Shown here: positions 60,107 to 64,000 of the stretch, piece by piece | Layout: the number at the start of each line of letters is the position of its first letter | Numbering within the stretch: the stretch's first letter is position 1 | Assembly: GCA_964187785.1 (NCBI GenBank) | Contig: OZ076409.1 | Location: 83,886,001 to 83,950,000, forward strand | Direction: 5' to 3' | Length of the DNA: 64,000 nucleotides | DNA from: Amphiscolops sp. MND2022 | Taxonomy: Eukaryota | Program-made: the position numbers and the translations under genes | The notes under the pieces: model-generated | Told to the model about the DNA's origin: nothing | What the model saw: the letters and a program-made list of their open reading frames with translations, nothing else | Database searches by the model: none

Positions 60107-60770
60107 AACAAGCCGGAAACGGCCCAAGACCAAACAAGCCGGGAACGGCCCAAGTCGGCGCCATATCTAAGGCTCAAAAATAGCAAAAGGACTTCAAAGT
60201 GTCAAGTATTCTCTTCTACAGTACCCACATGAGGAAAAAAAATTTTTCAAATTTTTTTGATCTCCGGTAAGTCGCATAGTGCCGAAAAAATGTAAAAGGG
60301 GACCTCAAAAAAGCCTAATTAACCTCTATCTCAAGTGCCAGCAGAAGTAGTGTGGCAGTTAGTGTTAATGCAAGTCAGCTTATAAAGCTTATAAAATCTG
60401 TCACTTCGTTGGTCTTAAAAAAACAAGCCGGGAACGGCCCAAGTCGGCGCCATATCTAAGGCTCAAAAATAGCAAAAAGACTTCAAAATGTCAAGTATTC
60501 TCTTCTACAGTACCCGCATGAGGAAAAAGTTGATTTTTTTCAATTTTTTTGGTCTCCGATAAGTCGCATAGTGCCGAAAAATGTGGAAGGGGAGCTAAAA
60601 AAAGCCTAATTTACCCCTATCTCAAGTGCCAGTAGAAGTAGTGTGGCATTTAGTGTTAGTTCAAGTCAGCTTATAAAGCTTATAAAATCTGTCACTTCGT
60701 TGGTCTTAAAAAAAGAAAAGTCACTGCTATACTCTGCGTTTTCTACGAAAAGCGCCGACTAAAAGAGTGG
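60107..60770 (+). mobile_element. GTCGGCGC family copy with an internal ~289-bp tandem duplication
   Basis: AACAAGCCGGGAACGGCCCAAGTCGGCGCC at 60133 and 60422; ends AAAAGCGCCGACTAAAA. Confidence 0.75.
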
Positions 60771-61161
60771 CTCTTTGAGTTATTTCCTTCTCCACATGGT
60801 TGCAAAAAGTGCGAATGTAGCCCTTAAGAAACGAAAAAGTTCTCGCAATGCCGAAAAAAAATCCAAAAGGGGTCCCTTTGTTTTTGAGACTTCCCTGTAA
60901 AATTTATAAAATCTTTCATTTTGTGTCTTTTAGAAAACAATGGTCTCTTACGAAAGAGCCAATCAAGTTTTGACAGATTTTTAGTTTGGGTCTCATGGCT
61001 TAAGTTCTGCAAAAAACGATACTTCAAGTAATTGTTAACACGTCTAAAAATCGTTAGCTTCATGTATTTGACATGATATCTTGAAAGTAATATATCCGAC
61101 TGGTTTACATTTCTATTCAGATCATGATGTAACTCACATAGAAGTTATTTTTCGACGCACT

Positions 61162-64000
61162 ATGGCACCATCTGACGTACTTGGCACAGCGATAACGTCC
61201 GTCAGCGCAAACATAGGCCTTGAAATTACCCTAAAAATATTGACATTTCTCCTCAAAGCCTTGTGTCTTCGCTATGTCTCCACAGATGTCTTAGGACTTG
61301 CCAACATTCGTCTCTACCTCATGCAACAATCAATTGTTTTTCTATCAAGAGAGCCTTTCAGACGAAGTTGCATCGGGGCTGTGAACTATCCGTTGCAAGA
61401 TATAATCAATTTGGTTTGGTTCGCTCCTGTCATCGGCATACTGTACGGTGCCATTTTTTCTTTTATCTGGCTTTTCATACTGCCACAACCTGACACCCAG
61501 CTTTTCCCGCATTATGGCTTTTCCGTTCTTGTATATGCGCTCTCTGCTTTGTTGGAGCTCATCGCAGAACCGTGTTTCTTAGTTACCCAACTCAAAGGAG
61601 TCGTGAAAACGAATGTTGTCATCTTCGGAATATCTACTCTCAATAGCTGTATCATCACAGCAGGTTAGCTTGCCAGTACATTCCCCTTTTCATGTACGTT
61701 TCAATCACTGGGATTGCTTCGAGATTTCAACTTTTTTGTCATGTTTTGAAAAAAAATTCTGATAACTGTTGAACTAGTCATAACTCATTTTCATTCATCT
61801 GATCACTTGCCTCTCTCTCAGTTCTCAGTATCAGAAGAATATTATAAGTCCAACCAGAAATTAGCTAAAACGTCTCCTTTGAAAGTGTTCGGTTCCGTAT
61901 AACCAAAAACCAAGCCGGGAATGGCATAAGTCGGCGCCATATCTAAGGCTCAAAAATAGCAAAAGGACTTCAAAGTGTCAAGTATTCTCGATGTCAAGTA
62001 TTCATCGTTTTACAGTACTCGAAAAACCCAAAAATTGTACCGAATTTGCGCGCTAAAAGGGGGCCCTTAAAAGGACCCTAAAAGGGGGATTTTTTAACAT
62101 TTCTGTTGCAAAACATCACCAAAATTGAAGGGGGACCCTTTGATGAAAAAAAAATCCGAAAAAAAGTTCCACAATGACAAAAAAACTGGAAGGGTGGACC
62201 CTTTGGAGTTTTTTTAACATCCATTCTATCGCAAAACGTCACAAAAATCGAAGGGGGACCCTTTGATGAAAAAAACCCGAAAAAAAGTTCCACGGTGACA
62301 AAAAAACTGGAAGGGTGGACCCTTTGGAATCTTTTAACATCCATTCTATCGCAAAACGTCACAAAAATCGAAGGGGGACCCTTTGATGAAAAAAAAATCC
62401 GAAAAAAAGTTCCACAATGACAAAAAAACTGGAAGGGTGGACCCTTTGGAGTTTTTTTAACATCCATTCTATCGCAAAACGTCACAAAAATCGAAGGGGG
62501 ACCCTTTGATGAAAAAAATCCGAAAAAAAAGTTCCACAGTGACAAAAAAACTGGAAGGGTGGACCCTTTGGAATCTTTTAACATCCATTCTATCGCAAAA
62601 CGTCACAAAAATCGAAGAGGGACCCTTTGATGAATAAAAATCCGAATAAAAAGTTCCACAATGACAAAAAAACTGGAAGGGTGGACCCTTTGGAATTTTT
62701 TAACATCCATTCTATCGCAAAACGTCACAAAAATCGAAGGGGGACCCTTTGATGAAAAAAAAATCCGAAAAAAAGTTCCACAATGACAAAAAACTGGAAG
62801 GGTGGACCCTTTGGAATTTTTTAACATCCATTCTATCGCAAAACGTCACAAAAATCGAAGGGGGACCCTTTGATGAAAAAAAATCCGAAAAAAAAGTTCC
62901 ACAATGACTAAAAACTGGAAGGGTGGACCCTTTGGAATTTTTTAACATCCATTCTATCGCAAAACGTCACAAAAATCGAAGGGGGACCCTTTGATGAAAA
63001 AAAAATCCGAAAAAAGTTCCCTAATAAGAAAAAACCTTCGAAAAAAAGCCACTGGTATAGTCGCGTTTCACTTCATGAAACGCCGACTAAAAAACATTGC
63101 AACCGCGGAAAAGTTATTAAGAATATCCACCCTTAGAATCATTATGAAGTGGAGTCGATTTCAGTGATTTGCTTCGATTGCCCATAAATGTTTGTTCAAA
63201 AGTGGCGATAAATGTGTTCAGATCAATTTTTGACAATTTTTAGCATATTTCTATATTTCTCGCTTATTTTTTCTGTATTCCGTTTTTAAAGTATCATCCA
63301 ATAAGATTGATTTGAAAAAGTTTATTTTCGTTTCAATTCGTTTTCAAGTTGTCAATTGTCAAAAAAAGCCCCAATAGTATTGAACTTTCGATATTGTAAG
63401 ACTTTTTCAATAAAATGGAAGTTGAAGCGTAATGTGCAAGAAATAGCGATTTGATTTTATTAATCACATCGTATGGCCGTTCGCAATATCGTGCTAAGGT
63501 TTGTCCGCTGCCCTGTAAATCAAATCCTGTATCCAATGCACCATTACACTGAATGTTTTTCAGCTCTGCTAATCAATGATTCAACGGATGGTTTGAACGC
63601 CTTCACAATCGGGCAGTTCTCGTTCGGATGTAGCTACGCTCTTCTCTATTTTCTCTATTTCGGAATGAACTCGGCCTACCTACGACTCACTTTTCTCGAC
63701 GTGCTTCCCGACTACCGCAATTGCGTCATCAACCAAGAGCTTTTCCAGACCATCAAAAAGTTCTTTCTACAATCAATCATAAAGCAGCTTCTGTCGGAAG
63801 GTGAAAAATTCGCAATGACTTTCTTCAATGTCCTGACTTACTCTGAGCAAGGTATGTATGACGTGGTTAATAACCTGGGGTCTCTGTGTGCTCGTATTGT
63901 GTTCAAGCCCATCGAAGATGGAGGATACCTTTACTTCTCTCAAACCCTGATAAGAAATGTCCCAATCACAGACCAGGACAAGACGAGAGTTTCAGAAGCT
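61162..64000 (+). CDS. RFT1: Man5GlcNAc2-PP-dolichol translocation protein RFT1, 5' part
   Basis: Exon 61162-61663 (KILTFLLKA...VLGLANIRL...LSREPFRRSC); phase-1 GT-AG intron 61664-63563; exon 63564 to window end (QSIIKQLLSEGEK...QGMYDVVNNLGSL.ARIVF.PIE), all typical RFT1 motifs. Confidence 0.93.
61905..63095 (+). mobile_element. GTCGGCGC family copy in the RFT1 intron
   Basis: AAGTCGGCGCCATATCTAAGGCTCAAAAA start; AAACGCCGACTAAAAA end. Confidence 0.7.
62095..63020. repeat. Minisatellite, ~121-bp unit, ~7.6 copies
   Basis: GAAG(G/A)GGGACCCTTTGATG anchors at about 62127, 62250, 62370, 62493, 62614, 62736, 62857 and 62978. Confidence 0.95.

Noticed and set aside
62078-62948. Repetitive ORFs (MLKDSKGSTLPVF...)
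   Set aside because: By-products of the minisatellite on the strand opposite the RFT1 intron.
62095-63020. CRISPR-like regular array
   Set aside because: Whole units repeat with no unique spacers, there are no cas genes, and the context is a eukaryotic intron.
359-64000. Most short GTG/TTG-initiated ORFs in the track
   Set aside because: The ORF caller allows prokaryotic-style starts; in AT-rich repeat DNA these are expected by chance or shadow real ORFs on the opposite strand.

Overview
AT-rich, repeat-dense eukaryotic (animal-like) genomic DNA; there is no sign of prokaryotic organisation or CRISPR. The centrepiece is a complete 15.8-kb Ty3/Gypsy LTR retrotransposon (21073-36882; 1.64-kb LTRs about 98% identical by manual comparison; TG..CA ends; TTGAC target-site duplication; PBS; PPT) with an unusual architecture. 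(1) gag starts inside the LTR and reads through the PBS. (2) gag-pol are joined by a -1 slippery site and are now interrupted by four in-frame stops. (3) Between pol and the 3' LTR lies a ~6-kb accessory region. It holds an antisense gene with four phase-compatible GT-AG introns encoding a >=1150-aa protein with an NLS-like motif and a BED-like zinc finger. It also holds a divergent sense ORF with SIM-like acidic motifs that reads across the PPT into the 3' LTR. Host genes: an unrecognised multi-exon + strand gene (~9054-18517, hand-assembled), an intronless NIFK/Nop15-like RRM gene (54715-55749) and the 5' part of RFT1 (61162 to the window end). The remainder is decayed LINEs, a Gypsy pol relic, a probable LTR of a second family, MULE-like foldback MITEs, an abundant short-inverted-repeat family with internal tandem arrays, and a perfect 167-bp palindrome. 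All family assignments come from motif recognition, not database searches.
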